A stretch of 64,000 bases of DNA from Geosiphon pyriformis uo1 (GCA_016748015.1 JAAOMT010000227.1:245239-309238), one strand, 5' to 3'; positions 1 to 13,804 are shown, counted from the stretch's first letter. The notes: generated by a model not told the origin, from the letters alone. Translations and numbers: made by a program.

Positions 1-16
1 TTACTGGCACTGTAAA

Positions 17-400
17 TTATCTAGTTAAACCAAAACTTTGAGTTCTTCTTTCACTTTTTCCCAATTGTTCTCTGTTGTTTACTGATTGTAAACCCAAAAT
101 GTTAATTAAGAGTAGGTAAATTGCTTGGGCAATCTTTTCAGCATATTCAATCCTGAATAGTTTGTTTGTTTTATTCTGTAATATAATGATAATGTCTTCA
201 GTATATCTTGCATTTATAACTCCTCCTTTAACATTAATTTTTTTGCTTGCCAATGATGATCGAGAAGCAATTTGTACCATTGCTCTTGGTGGTATTTCCA
301 AAACAATTTTGAGATTGATTTTGGTTAAGAATTTTGGTTGAAGAACCAAAGTATCTTTGCCAAGATATCTTAGGTCATATTCTGCATCAATTTTGTGAGC
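17..400 (-). pseudogene. dUTPase domain of element A
   Basis: DAEYDL, ASRSSLA, GGVINARY, EKIAQAI and RTQSFG match dUTPase motifs 1-5. Confidence 0.85.
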
Positions 401-1493
401 TTTTTTTGGTTTTATTTCTTTTCCATTGTTGTTAAAGTATTTGAGTTGTATAGCAAGCTAGTTTTCAGTAAGATAGATTGGTGTGGTTGCAATTTTTTCT
501 TTTGTTTTTGGTTTTCCAAATTCAATTTCTTTCTGGTCATTTTCACTAAGTAAGGAGATGCTAAGAGCATAGCATTCTGAACACTATTTGTTATCACAAG
601 ACATGATGTATTCTTCACACAATTGAATGTTCATTTGCTCTAATCATTGAATTTAAGCTTCTTGGGTTGGATATGTGTGGCTTGCAATTTGGTAGTATGT
701 CTCTACCTTATCTTCATAGTTGAATCCAGCTAATTCTATTGTATATTTAATATATTCAGCTTCTTTCATTTGGTGGACATCTTCTTGGGTAGCTCTATTG
801 ATTAATGTCATTGCTAAGTCAAAAATTATTTTTGCATCATGAAGATAGTGGTAGAGTTTGTTGAGAGCACTGTTGTATGCTGCATCAAAAGATGTTCCTT
901 ATTTAACTTTTTTCGAAATTGATAGAGCATATTAACAGGTTTAGTCACATATTTTTTCTCTTATTGCAACATCAATCCAGTTGTATTCTTCTGGTAGCAT
1001 ATCTCCACATGTGAAGCAAGAAGTGTTATCCCATTTTCCACTTCTTTTTGGAGATCCAAATCATTTTTTATAGCATGCTTTGTAAAAGTAGCAGATGCAA
1101 GTTTCATATTTCTTTTCTGGAGAAATACATGCTCCCATTGATAAAAGTTTCTTGTTGCAATCTTTGTATTTGAATAGAATATAGGGTGGTTTTTTTTGTG
1201 GTTCTGGTGTGGAATACTGAACCTTCTTCTATCCTCTGATTTCTTCAAAAATTTTTTGTTCTGTTTCCTCAGCCCAATTGGATGTTGATCCAAGAGTCAT
1301 TTAGGGTTTCAGTAAGTGGCATTTCTTTTTTCTCCTCAAATTCGAATGCTGGGGCTTTTTCTGATCATTTGTTGAAAGTACTACAAGTAGCAAATACTAT
1401 GGTATATTGTCTTTAATATGAGATTTTCAATTCCTGGGTTTTCCAATCTAAATTTGCATTGGTCTTAAGAAGCCAATTATTTCCAACAAGTGC

Positions 1494-1955
1494 TTAGTAT
1501 TGTGGTATATCTATGACTAGAACTTTGACTGGAATGGTAATTCCATTAATAATGAATAGAAAATTGTCAATTTTTCTTACTGGTGTCTTTTTTATATCAT
1601 CTGCAGTGACAATTACAGTTTGGGCTGGTTTGTTAACAGTTTTTTGAAGCTGTTTTATTAATTGGTAGGTGATAATACTTCCAGCTAATCTACTGTCTAA
1701 AATTAACCAAATGGGTTTTCCTTTAACTTCAGCTTCAGTATACATTGCTGTAATTGCTTTTTGTTCATTAACTGTTGCATTGCTAAGCAAGAAAGATGAT
1801 TCATTGGCTTCAAATTCGAATGGAAAGATATTTGAAAGATTGGCATTTTGGGCAATTTGGGCTAATAAAATGGTGTTGTTGGAAGAGTTTGATTTTGGTG
1901 CTGCAATTTCACCTTTAGAAAGTGCAAGTTGTTGAAAATCCGATCCTTCAGGCAT
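1494..1955 (-). pseudogene. Retropepsin-like aspartic protease of element A
   Basis: IWLILDSRLAGSII (eroded DSG) and VIVTAD..KTPV. Confidence 0.8.
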
Positions 1956-1999
1956 TGTAAGATAACTGGGTTGAGTGTGATAGTGATTGGGTCTTTGTT

Positions 2000-3820
2000 A
2001 ACCAGAATTTTGGGGAACCAACTGGTTATTTGAATTGATTCTGTTGTTGGTATTCTGAAATTAATTTTGGAGTGTGAATTAGTTATGTTGAACCAATTTT
2101 CTGGCTAGTACTTAATATTGTTAAGTAGATGGTGTTTGATATTGCTGAATTGGTAAAAGTTGCTGATATTGTTGCTGCATTGGTTGTGGAGCTAGTTGAT
2201 AGTAATTGTTTTGATTTTGTGGTTTTGGTGAGTAATAAGTTGGTGGTAGAGGTTGGTAATAAAATTGTTGTGATGAAGAGTAATGTTGATTACTCCTGTT
2301 TTGTTGGTCTCTTTGCAATTTCCTGCAATTTCGTTTCTAGTGTCCTGGAATTCCACAATAATGACAATTTTGAGATTAGTTGTTGGATAGTGATCCAAAA
2401 TTGTTTTGGTTGTGTTGTTGTGGGGGTTGATATTTTTGTGGTTGTTGCTGTTGTTGTTGTTGGTTTGTGATGTAGCTTTCAACCTTTTTTGTAAGTTGGT
2501 CTATCTTCTTTTCAGCTGCTGAGCTGGTTTTTCTAATAGCTAGATTGACAAGTTTGGTGTGATTTGCTTTTTCTATTGCTATTTCATAGTTCTTTGCATG
2601 TCTAATGACAGTTGCTAAGTCTGCTGGAGCATGTAGACAAACTTTTTTGATTAATTTGTCTTTTAATCCTGCTATAAACTGATCCAAATCCTGGATATTG
2701 GAATAGTATTTATTGGTTTTCAATTGTTGAATTCATCAAAAAAGTTTGTTAAATCTTTCAAGATAGGTTATAACAGTTTTAGATGTTTCTTGTTTGATAT
2801 TGCAAAAGCAATTATGAAAAGTAATAGAGATGTTGTTGTTGGTAAATTGTTGTAAGAAAGCATTTTTGAATGCTTGCCAATTTTTAAATGGTTTTTTTAA
2901 GTTTTCAAACCATTTTCTTGCAGTTCCTTGGAAAAAGTATGGAATTGCTTTGAGCATTCTTGCTGCATTTTAACTATTTACATCTCCTGCTTTCTGAACT
3001 TTGTCAAGTCATTCTTGAGGGCTGGTATTATTATTTTCACCAGTAAATTCTGGAATCTTTGTAATATAAGCAGTTTTTATTTTTTCTTTGTTTTCTGTAG
3101 TTTTTTCTTGTTCTAATTCAGTTTCTTCACTTTCCAAGTTTTCTGAATGATTACTTTTGTTTTCCTGTAAGTAATTAATAATATTGGTGCTAGTTAATAT
3201 GGGTTTCTGCTGTTGAGTAGAATTTCTAGGTGACTGAAAATCTTCTGGTCTGGAAAAACGGTTAAGTGGTGAATTTGGTGTTTGTGATTAAACAAGTGAA
3301 ATTAGAAATAGTGTAATAGAAAGTGGTAATTTGACACTGGTTTCTTGTTCAGGTGTTTGTAAGTGTTTGGTAGTTGTTTTCAGTGTCTTTGGAGTATTTG
3401 GGGTGATATTTGAGTGTTGTTTCAGTTTTTGTTTGTCTTTGTTGCTTGCTTTTGTCTCTGATTCAAAGTCAATAAAGTATTAAGACTGTACTGGATATGT
3501 TTCTTCACAGTACTTGATAATGTTAAAATTAAGTTCTTAAAAGTAAGTGGCAAGTGTTTTACTGTTAAGATCTTTAGTTTCCAATTGTGAATAGTGCACT
3601 AAATTATTGTAAAGATTGCTTCTAACTTCTGAAATATTGTAATCTCCAAGAAGATAATTGTTGATGCAGTTTTTAATATATTGGTATACTGATTTCTTAA
3701 CAACTTTAATTCCGTCTGGAATGTTGAATCTTTGCTTGCAGTAAATGTAAATTGACTGATAATACTCTAGAGTTGTTATATCTAGTGTGGTCGCCACTTT
3801 GAAGTTATTATTGCTGTGTT
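2000..3820 (-). pseudogene. gag of element A
   Basis: ORF fragments 2736-2957, 2376-2723 and 3537-3797; capsid-like W-F and QFIAGL motifs, Q/Y/P-rich tail. Confidence 0.75.
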
Positions 3821-3822
3821 AT

Positions 3823-3840
3823 TTTTGTGGGAGAGCACCA
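3823..3840 (-). promoter_or_regulatory. Primer-binding site of element A (TGGTGCTCTCCCAC)
   Basis: TGG-starting tRNA-3'-complementary motif 2 nt inside the LTR end. Confidence 0.75.
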
Positions 3841-3842
3841 AA

Positions 3843-4813
3843 TGTTACTAGAGATTTTTGGTCTCTTTTTTTTAATGTTGTTAATGTTGATTTGCTGTGA
3901 ATTCACATTCTTAGGAAGTAGTTGGATCTCCAGTACTTGAATTTATCTTCAAATTATCTCCTATAATTTGAACTGCTGGGCTTATAAGTAGAATGGCTAA
4001 TTCTGTGTTAGTTACTTTGTGTAGTTATATTGTAGTAAATGTCAACTTTTTCCCAGGAATTGCTTGTCTGAAAGCTCACTAAAATGTGTAGTTACTTTGC
4101 TGTGAAAGTCAACTCTTCTACAGAAATCTTGTTTGTAGGCTATCCTAATAATTTGTAATAAAAAAAGAAAAAAAAATAAAAGAAATGTAAAAAAAATGTG
4201 ATTTTATCAAGAGAAAACATTTTCTATTCAGGCCTGGAGTTACTAACAGATTATTGAAATTGGTAGCTAATCAATTTCAAAACGTTAGTTGTGTTGAGAA
4301 AATTTCAAGTATAATAATTTAAAGATTTGGTTTTCGAATATTTAATTTTTATTTGAATGTGTAAAAAGTAATTTGTTTCAATTAAGATATCTAAAGTAAA
4401 GTACTATGATAAGATACTATGAGAAGATATATTTTTTTAAAGAGAGAAGCTCTTTTTTTATACAACTTGTTGTAGTACTAGTTTTTGAACTTGCACTTTT
4501 CTCTTTGCTATAATTTGGGTGAACTAAAAATATATTTTGGCAAACTACAAGTTATTTCACTGAACTATTGATTATTTCGGCCAATTTTCATTAATTTCGG
4601 CGAATTTTGACTATGTTAAATGGTTCAGGATATTGTGTAATTTAATCATCTTAATTTCTAGAGTACAAATCGGATTATTGATTGAGTAATAATATTTGAT
4701 AATTTGATTAAATAATAAGTGATAATCGAAATGATAATAATATATGCTAATTAATAATAGGAATTATAAGGGTAATTTCATGTTAATTAATAGCTAAAAT
4801 TCTACTGGTAACA
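3843..4813 (-). repeat. 5' LTR of element A (~970 bp)
   Basis: TGTTAC...GTAACA termini, next to the PBS; partner LTR lies outside the window. Confidence 0.7.
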
Positions 4814-5729
4814 ATATAATAAATTGTGTTAATATACAATTCTAATCAATGACTAGATACAAAAAAAAACTCCAATTAATAATGTCTGAAAACAAGTACT
4901 GAGATATTTAAAAAATTATTCACATAACAAACATGAGATTTGGAGAATAATAAGTGCCAAAATTGAAGATGCCTTTTTTAGTAAAATACTAGAAATCAAA
5001 AATAATCCACTAACACTTCCTAAACCTAAATTTATCTTAACTTTTAATATTTTCAATAATGTTATGGATGATTTTGAGCAATTTCACAAGCATTACCAAG
5101 ACCTAGCCCCAACTAAAAAAAAGCAAAAGCAGCATTTAAAACAATTAAACACAAGACTCTGTAAACAATATCTCATTTCTAATGACTTTAAATATTGTAA
5201 TAATTGTGATCTTATTTACAATCTACTATTATGCATAATCTTTTCAATTCCCAAAAAAAAAGCCAATCAGCAAATATGCATCAGAATTAAAATCAAAATT
5301 CAATTATAATTTAGACTTTGATGATAATAACAACAATGATTCTAATACTATTTAAAATGACAATCAAACCAATAATAATTCAAACTTTGACAAAAACTTT
5401 GAACAATATATCACACTCTCAAATCTTTCAAAGAAGCAGAAACTTAAATAGTTCAGTAATAATAATAAAAATATTATACCAGAACACATGTATAATATTA
5501 ATGCAGAATTTGATCTTAGATATCTAGAAAAAACTGTTATCAGATTGAAATCCTATTTGTGTGCCAATATAGATTTGAAAATAGCACTGAAAATTCTAGC
5601 AACAACAATAATTCAATTAACATTTAGATCTAACTTAGTAAAAAAAGATATTAATATTAGAAGAAAAATAATTGATGCAGGATATGTAAGAAATATAATA
5701 CTATAAAATGACTTAAAAAAGATATATAC
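4814..5729 (+). mobile_element. Internal fragment B of a D/E-family element (Cys-rich region and dUTPase motifs 1-3), cut by A and C
   Basis: FHKHYQDLAPT and AEFDLRY...IIDAGYV are homologous to E at about 18800-19710. Confidence 0.8.
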
Positions 5730-6430
5730 TGTTATGGGTTGAAGTAACAAGCTAATAAATAGCAAGGAAAACAAGATTGTAGGGTGATAAAAGAAATCAA
5801 AAGAAATTCAACTTTAAAGAGCAAATTGAATGAGTATGAATTCAATGTGTAAGATCAGTCTCATAAAATATCTTAGTCACTATACTTTTCAAAAAATAAC
5901 CAGGAAATCTGAAGGTAAAAAGATAATCTGTACTGTCAACAAATGATTACACACTGGTATAATTCTATGTCTTATGTTAGCACTTTTAAAATTCAATATC
6001 AGATATCAGATGTACTCTTCAGTCATGTTTTATTTAATAATTTTTAAATGCTACAATTATATATTTCAGAAAAAAGGTAAGAAATAACCAACAAATGATC
6101 TTTTATTCCAAGATGTTCAGATACTTGAAAGTAAGAAAAAAAAAATTAGTGAGAAGAGAAGAAATGAGATAAAGTTGTTATTTTATTTCTTTTTTTTTTT
6201 ATTCTTATATGTTTTTTTACAACTAAGAGATTTATTACTTATATAGCAATCAAAAGTGGTCAATAATCAGGTCAATGGCTAAGTCAATAATCAGAACAAT
6301 AATCAGATTATTAATCAAGTTAATGATTAGGTTAATAATTAAGTCAATAGTTAGATCATTGATTACTATCTAAAATAAAGTGGCTAATACATATGATAAT
6401 TAATAAAAAGTATAGATTTCAATTGTAACA
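5730..6430 (-). repeat. 3' LTR of element C
   Basis: TG...CA termini, preceded on the minus strand by purine tract GGAGAAGATGA; aligns to 35086-35762. Confidence 0.9.
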
Positions 6431-7043
6431 TCATCTTCTCCAAAGAGATTGAGCTCTGGTAAAATCAAGCTATTCATGATATAATTTATTTGAAAATTTT
6501 TATTTAATTCAAAGCTGACTAATTTGTTAAAGTCTTTTGTAGATAGAATATATAATACTTAAGGCAAAATGAGTTTTGTATTCAAGAAACTAAATTTTTG
6601 TATTAGAGTTTTGGCTTTTTTAATAATAATTAAAACTCTTGGGACATCTAATTGTATAATACCCAAAATTTCTGCCTGTATTTCTGAAATTGTTTTCTTT
6701 ATAAGTTTTATATTCTCTATGATTTCTCCAAAGTGACCATAGAATTCTAATTGTCTTTTATATGACAAATTTTTGTCTATAGGCAAGATTTCTTGGATTA
6801 TTTTTCTAATTGTGCTAGAAGATAAAAATATAACTGCTGTTATACTTTCTAACAAATATTTAACCAATTTTTTTTTTTGGTAGTAGTTTTTTTTGGTCTA
6901 ATAACAGTATGTGTTTTACTGTTATCAGTTATGGTAATTTGTTTTCCAATAGTCAGAGTAGTATTTGGATAGTTTTTGATCCAATATTTATGAAGAGTAT
7001 AAAAGGCATTTTGAATGTTTTGATCCAGAAAATAATTGTTCAT
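6431..7043 (-). pseudogene. ORF3 (post-integrase accessory ORF) of element C
   Basis: ORF pieces 6849-7079 and 6559-6867; TATAAATA at 7088-7081; ends DFTRAQ in the PPT. Confidence 0.6.
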
Positions 7044-7099
7044 GTTAATTGAAAATACCCTGTTTTGAGAATAATGCATTTATTTATACTTGATTTTTG

Positions 7100-8371
7100 C
7101 TGATCATTTGGGTTGGTATTACCACAACAGACAACCAATCAGATTATTTATGATATTTTTTGAGTTATGTACCATAAACAGAATGATCATTAAAGATTGT
7201 TTCAGATTGATCTTAAAGAATATAAAAACCATTGTTCAAAACTTTGTTGACTAAAAAGAGTTTTTTTCACCTGTTAGAGAATTTATCACTATAGACATTG
7301 TCTTTGTCTGAACAGTATTTCAATACCAAGTTAGCAATACTTAAAGAAAGTGTTTTATAGATTTTTTTCTTCTCAAGTTTTTCTTGGAACTGTTTTATCT
7401 TTTTAAAAGCAACTATTTGTGCTTCTACCAAAAAATTAAGAATAGTACCAAGTTTTCTTTGCAAAATGTTTTTATAATTTTCTATTGTGATTTTTTCAAA
7501 GGATATTGTTTTAATATCAGTTTCTATTAGTAGTGTTGCCATATATTCATAAAGCAAATAAAAAGGTTTATAATTTGTTATGTCATAATTCACAGTTCTA
7601 TAAGCAAACAAAGCTAAAGGCAGTACTTTGTCTTATAAGTTTGTTTCTTCACTGGTTTTGGCTAAAGTTTTACTAGGCCATTTGTTTGAGGGTAATAAAA
7701 AGAAAAAAATTTATGACATATTCCCATTTTTCTACAAAGTTTTTCAACTAATGTATTAAAAAAAGCTTTTCCTCTATCAGATAAAAGTTTTTTGGGACAT
7801 TCATAATGGCAGATAATATCTTCATAAATGAAATTGGCTATTGAGACTGCTATTTGGTCTGAAGTAGCTCTTGCTTCTATGTATTTTATAAGATAGTTGG
7901 TAGCTGTGATAATATATTTGTTGTTATCAAAAGTTATTGTTAAAAATTCAACAACATCTATACCAATTCTGTTAAATGGTTGACCAATAAAGATTGGATG
8001 AATATCTTTTTTGCAATTGGGTTTGTCTCTTCTTTGGCAGATGTTACAGGTTTTAATGTATTCAGCAATGTTTTTTCCCAAAGTAGACCAATAATAGTGA
8101 GCTAAAGTTTTCTGAATTGTTTTTGTTTTTTCAAAGTGTCCAGCTAATGGGTCAGTATACATGTTGTATATTACAATTTTTTTTTTTCAAACCTGATAAC
8201 TTTCTGAAAGCAGTTAGAATCTTTTCTGTTTCTTTTATATAATTGGTTCTAACAGATCAAATAGAAATTTGATTGTTTGCACAAATGTTCTCTTTGCTGT
8301 CAAGTGTATTTTGGTGGGTATTGTTTTTTACTCAAAAATTCTATTAAGGCAGAGTAGTTGTCCAAGTCCAT
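7100..8371 (-). pseudogene. Integrase of element C (own ATG at 8371)
   Basis: AGHF...CNIC (HHCC), IGIDV, LLSDRG, PQTNGLV. Confidence 0.85.
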
Positions 8372-8495
8372 TATTGTGTTTGTTAAAAGGGGAGTTACTA
8401 ATAATTAAGTTGGTTTGGTTTGAGAAACTTGTACTGTTACTGGATAATAAGTCTAAAGAGAGCATCAGCATTTTGATGATTTGCTCCTTTGCAAT

Positions 8496-9340
8496 TGTTA
8501 CAGGTGAATATTTGGGGTTTCAAATCAAATAACAAACCTGTAACTTAGTGCTTAATTGATATTCTGGTGTTAATATCTGAAGGTTTGGTTGATCTGAAGG
8601 TGTTGTTATGGAGTTCTTTATATAATAGACAGAGATTCAATAATTGTTTCAGTAGTCTCCCAGAATTGCAATTTTGTCAAATTTTTTTCTTAACATGGTG
8701 GCCAGTAATCTTTCTGGTAAGCTATCCTCAAATTTATGGGTGTTCTATCCTTGTTTTACAGGTCTTTTACCAGTCTCTATGACATCTGTATTTTAACACT
8801 TAATTTTTTAATCAATTAGTAAATAACAACAAAGAAATAAATAAAAATAAAAGAAATAAAAAATAAAAAATAAGCCAAGACAATAATAGTTAGTATTCTG
8901 TCAATAGCTGTGATCAAGAGTTATTGTTTCAGTGTGGTTAAGTATCAATTACTATCAACATGAAGTGTTAATAGTAGAAAGTGGATTTGAGATAAAAAAT
9001 AATTATTTATTAATATTTGTGAGTTGGAAGGTTACTTAGATCAAATCTAAACTGAAAGGTCTGTTTTTTTTACTTCTAATATTACTACTATATATACATA
9101 ATTGAGATTTCTCAATTCCTTAATTCTTCACACCAGAAATTTTGGAATTCCTGGAATCCTGCAATTTCTTTGAAAGAAATCTTGGAATTTTGAAATCCTG
9201 TGATTTCTTGTATGAGAATCCTGAAATTCTTGGAATTCTGCAATTTTTCTGAGAGAAATCCTGGAATTTCATATTTACTACAGTTACTTCTAATTGGCTA
9301 ATTTATATGCTAATATACTTCCTATATTTTATAAGTAACA
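8496..9340 (-). repeat. 3' LTR of element D
   Basis: TGTTAC termini; U3 has GGAATT/CCAGGA-type short repeats. Confidence 0.9.
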
Positions 9341-9354
9341 TTATTTTTTTCTTT

Positions 9355-9984
9355 TTAATATTGAACTCCATCGAGATTTCCTAATTTTAATTTTCTATTT
9401 TTGAGTATTTTTTGAATTTTTTTTTCAAGAATTACTTGTGCTATCTTGTTCTGTAATTCTTCAAATTAAGCATTGGCTATTTTTTCTATTTGGTTAATAA
9501 TAATGGAGTTTATTACTGGATTGAGTAAAATTTCTGATCGATCTTAAAATTTGGTGTGTAACCAATAAATGGCTCTTGCTTGTGTGGTCAAATTGTTCTT
9601 CTCCACAAATTGTTTTAGTTGTTATAGTATTGTTGTGTCAAATAATCATTTCATTTTATCTGTGTACAAGCCCTGAATATTCAAGTGTTGTCCTAAATGA
9701 AAGTAACAAAAGTTTCTTGGAAATTGTTGTATTCACCAATTCCAAGTTTTTATAGTCAACTCTTAATATTGGGTGACTTTTAGTTGTGTTTTTATTGCCA
9801 ATTTCACTTTTGTAATTATTTTGTCAACAGTGTTTTCTGTTTTTCTCTGTATTTTCTTTCATGGTCTTTTTTTGGTGTTTGTATATTTAATAGTTTGTTG
9901 GTTAATTGTAATTTCCATTTTCTGTTGTTGGATCAGTTGAAAGAGTTGTTGTGCTAGTGAGTAAATGCTGTCAGTAATCTTCAT
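9355..9984 (-). pseudogene. ORF3 of element D
   Basis: Homologous to E 23136-23771; TATATAAA at 10024-10017. Confidence 0.65.
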
Positions 9985-10039
9985 TTTCTGCTGTCTTTTG
10001 TCATGTATACTATGTCTTTATATACTCCTTGGTTGTTCA

Positions 10040-11419
10040 ATTTTATGTGTTTGGTTCAATGATTATAATTGGTTTTAAATTTTGTGGAATCTTATTTGGT
10101 TTGACCAGTATTTTCTGTACTTCTAATTGTAGAATATTACTGGTAAATAATAATACTATATGGTAATATTGTTTCAGTCAATCACCATGTACTGCTTTGG
10201 TTAAGATTTTGTTGTTCAACCTTAATTTATAAGCTCTATTTCCAAGAATTTCTTCTATGTGAAATGGTCTATCTTATTTGAGGTCAAATTTTCTACTCCA
10301 TTGTTTTTCCGCTTTAGTATGATGTAAAAATACTTTGTTTTCAATCTTGAATTTAACTGATTTCTCTGGTAGTTGGTTATCATGTCTTTCTTTTTGTTTT
10401 TTTTGTGACTTTTGAATATTATCAGCTGCTTTTTGCCATGTGTTTTCTAGTGTTTCTATTAAGTTATATGTTCTTTTCAACAATGTTCTTTGAAAATTTT
10501 CTTTTGTTATTGGTTCTGTTGGATATGTTTTAACTTCTATCTTAACTAGTAATATTGCTGTTCTACCATATACCAATTCAAATAGTGTTGTTTGTATAGT
10601 GTCTTGTTTTATTATCCAATAAGCAAATAATACTGATGGTATAATTAAATCTCATTTATCCTGGTTTTCTTGGCTGATTTTGGCAATGGCTTCACACAAT
10701 GTTTTATTGAATCTTTCAACTAACCCATTTGTTTGTGAATAGTGTGATAATGATAATAGTCTTTTTATTCTGAATCTTTGACTTAATTCTGCTAATGTTC
10801 TATTCACAAAGTAAGTTTCTTGATCTGATAATAGTTCTTTTGAACATCCGTGTTGACATATTAAATCTTGATGAACAAATTTGGCAATGGATTTTGCATC
10901 TGCTCTTTGAATGGCTTTTGCTTCTGGCCATTTAGTGAGATAATTTATGGCTATTGCAATATATCTGTTGTCTCTGCTGGTTATTGTTAATGGTCCAACT
11001 AAGTTAATTTTGATATGATCAAATGGTTGTTTTACTTTGATTAATCTTAATGGTTCACTGGATTTTGTTTTACTTTTTCTTTGACAAGCATTACAATTTT
11101 GAACATATTGAATAATGTCTGAATACATTAATAGCCAATAGTATCTTTTTCTGATTTTTTTTATGGTTGCTTTTTTGTAAAAATGTCCTGCTCTTGGGTC
11201 TAAATACATGTTGAATAATATTGTTTCTTTTTCTGATTCTGTGATTACTTTGATTAATTGATTTGGATTTTTTTTGTTCTTCTGGTAAAGTATATTTTGA
11301 TAATTGATAAAATATTTTAATTGCTGTTTTATGTTGTTTTGTTCTTTTTGAGATAATTTCTCCTTGAACAATTGGGTATTTATATAATGTTGGAGTTGTT
11401 GGTATTTTTGTATATTCAT
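10040..11419 (-). pseudogene. Integrase of element D (separate ORF)
   Basis: ORFs 10652-11419 and 10274-10576; GHF...CNAC, LLSDQ, QTNGLVERFN. Confidence 0.9.
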
Positions 11420-11450
11420 GTTTTGTTATATTTTTGGGTTGAAAATATTT

Positions 11451-12910
11451 TTAGATTTGTCTCATTCATGACAATCTATTAGTATTTCCGTTTTTTTTTT
11501 CTTTTTTATAATGCACTGTATAATTAAATGATAAAAGTTCTATTTTCTATTTGGCATGGTGATTGTCTGCAAATTCTTGTTTCTGGATTGAAGTTAATCC
11601 TTTGTGATCAGTGTACACATCAAATTTTTGACTCAAGTATTCTTTCCATTTAATGACAGTCCAATAGATAACTAAATATTCCAGTGCTGGAGTTCTATAG
11701 TTCTTTTAAGCTGGACTTAAGCTTCTATTGGCATAAGTTATCAGATGTTCTCTTTCATTTGGTTTTCTCTGTGATAGTACTGTTTCCAATGATTGGCCTG
11801 ATATATCAGTAGTGATAATGAATGGTTTGCTGTGATCTGGATACATTAACACTGAAGCTTGAATAAGCTTTCTTCTTAGTGTGTCAAACACTTTTTGTTG
11901 AGCTTCTGTCCATTCATATTTTATATTTTTAGTTTGTAAATAATGGAGTGGCTAAGCCAGTTTAGAAAAGTTCTTAATAAAATGGTAATAATATCCAGCA
12001 AATCCCAAGAATGCTCTTAGTTCTGTCAAGTTGGTTGGTACTGGAAAGTTCTTTACTATTGTGATCTTATTTGGATCTATTTTAATACTATTTTTGCTTA
12101 CTACATGTCCCAAAAACTTGAGTTCTGTTTTTCCAAAGAAGTATTTATTGGCATTTAGTTTCAATTCTGCTTATTTGAGTCTTTCAAATATTTGTTGAAG
12201 ATGATGCAAATAATCATCAAATGTTTTTGAGAACACATTGGTGTTATCCAAGTATATAACTATTAATTTCTATAGTAGTCTAATATAGACAATTTCCATA
12301 AGTCTCTGAAAAGTGGCTGGAGTATTTATTAAGCCAAATGGTATAATCTCAAATTTGAAAGCCATTTTCTCTTTATCTTCTGGTTTCATGGCTACTTGTC
12401 AATAACTGCTGTCTAAGTCCAAAGTTGAGAACCATTTTTTTCCTTCAAAAGCATCAAACAGCTCTTAAATCTTTGGAGTCAGGTAACTATTTCCTTTAGT
12501 TACTCTATTCAGTTTTCAGTAATCTACACAAAAGTGAATTTTCTTATTTTTCTTATGGATTAGTACTATTGGTAATAATTATAGACTCATTAATAGTTGA
12601 ATTAGCCCATTGTTAAGCATCTGATTGATTTCTTAATGAATGATCTCATGACTAGCTGGTAGTATTCTGTATGCTCTCTGTTTAATTGGCATTGCATCTC
12701 CAGTCTTGATTTGATATTGGATGATGTCAGTTCTGCCAAATTTGTTTTTGTTGGCAAAGATGTCATTGAAATTGTTAAGTAGCATCTTGAGTTGCATACA
12801 TTGTAGTAGGTCTAAATTTTCCAAGTTCATTTGTTTCAATTGTTTTGGTTGGAGCAGATAACATTCTTCTTGTCCATATATAGTTTGAGATGTGATATCT
12901 ACATATCCAC
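11451..12910 (-). pseudogene. RT-RNase H of element D
   Basis: YLDN (eroded YLDD), LKFLGHVV, FLGFAGYY, ITTDIS, YANRSLS. Confidence 0.9.
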
Positions 12911-13744
12911 TATTACTCATAGAAAGAAAACAGATATAGGAAAATAGTAGACCAATAAGCAAATAGTATGTAGCACATGAGCAATATCAGAAAACATGGC
13001 ATATTGCTCAGCAATGTAGAGCAATATCAGAAAACATGGCACATTGCTTAGCAATATGAAGCAATGTTAGAAAATTAGGGCACATTGCTCAGCAATGTGA
13101 GCATTGCTTAAAAAATCATAGCACATTGCTTGGAAATGTGAGCAATCTTATAAAACATCAATTATGTATATATAGTGATAACATTAGAAGTAGAAAAAGC
13201 AGAATTCATCAGTTCAAAACCTTCTACATCACAAATATTAATAAATAATTATTCATTATCCCAACCTACTTTCCACTATCAACATAAAGTGTTGATAGTA
13301 ATTAATACTTAACCATACTGGAACAATAGCTCTTAATCATGGCTATTGATGAGATATTAACTTGCAATTGCTTTTGTTTATGTCTTTATTTTCTTTTATT
13401 TTCTTTTATTTCTTTTTGTTATTTCTTTGATTTTACTAAATTGATTAAGAATTAAGCGCTGAGATACAGACATCATAGAGACTGGTAAAAGACCTGTGAA
13501 ACAAGAGTAGAACACTCATAGATTTGAGGATAGCTTACTAGGAGGATTACCAGCCATCACACTGAGAAAAAAATTTGATAGAATTGCTATTCTGGGAGGC
13601 TACTGAAAACAACTATTAAATCTCTGTCCATTATACAAAAAACTTCACAACTAAAACCTTCAGATATCAACACCTAAGTACCAACTAAGCACCAAATTAC
13701 AGATTTGTTATTTGACTTGAGACCCCAAATAATTATCTGTAACA
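12911..13744 (+). repeat. 5' LTR of element E
   Basis: TATTACTC (eroded TGTTAC)...GTAACA; closely matches 23786-24601. Confidence 0.92.
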
Positions 13745-13746
13745 TT

Positions 13747-13763
13747 TGGTGCTGCCTGTAAAG
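13747..13763 (+). promoter_or_regulatory. Primer-binding site of element E (TGGTGCTGCCTGT)
   Basis: 2 nt after the LTR; D and C carry TGGTGCTTCCTGT. Confidence 0.8.
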
Positions 13764-13804
13764 TATAATTCTACAGAGAACCAGCACCAACAAATAAATC
13801 AACA

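Larger units (their letters stand above)
1..4813 (-). mobile_element. Ty3/Gypsy LTR retrotransposon A, 5' part (LTR-PBS-gag-PR-Cys-rich-dUTPase), decayed, runs off window start
   Basis: LTR with TGTTAC termini at 3843 and 4813, adjacent PBS, gag fragments (AIPYFFQGTARKWF), protease LILDSR, dUTPase motifs; many stops. Confidence 0.85.

Noticed and set aside
8567-8782. ORFs inside LTRs (also 24432-24650, 29238-29495, 33755-33982)
   Set aside because: Frames and stops are not conserved among LTR copies.
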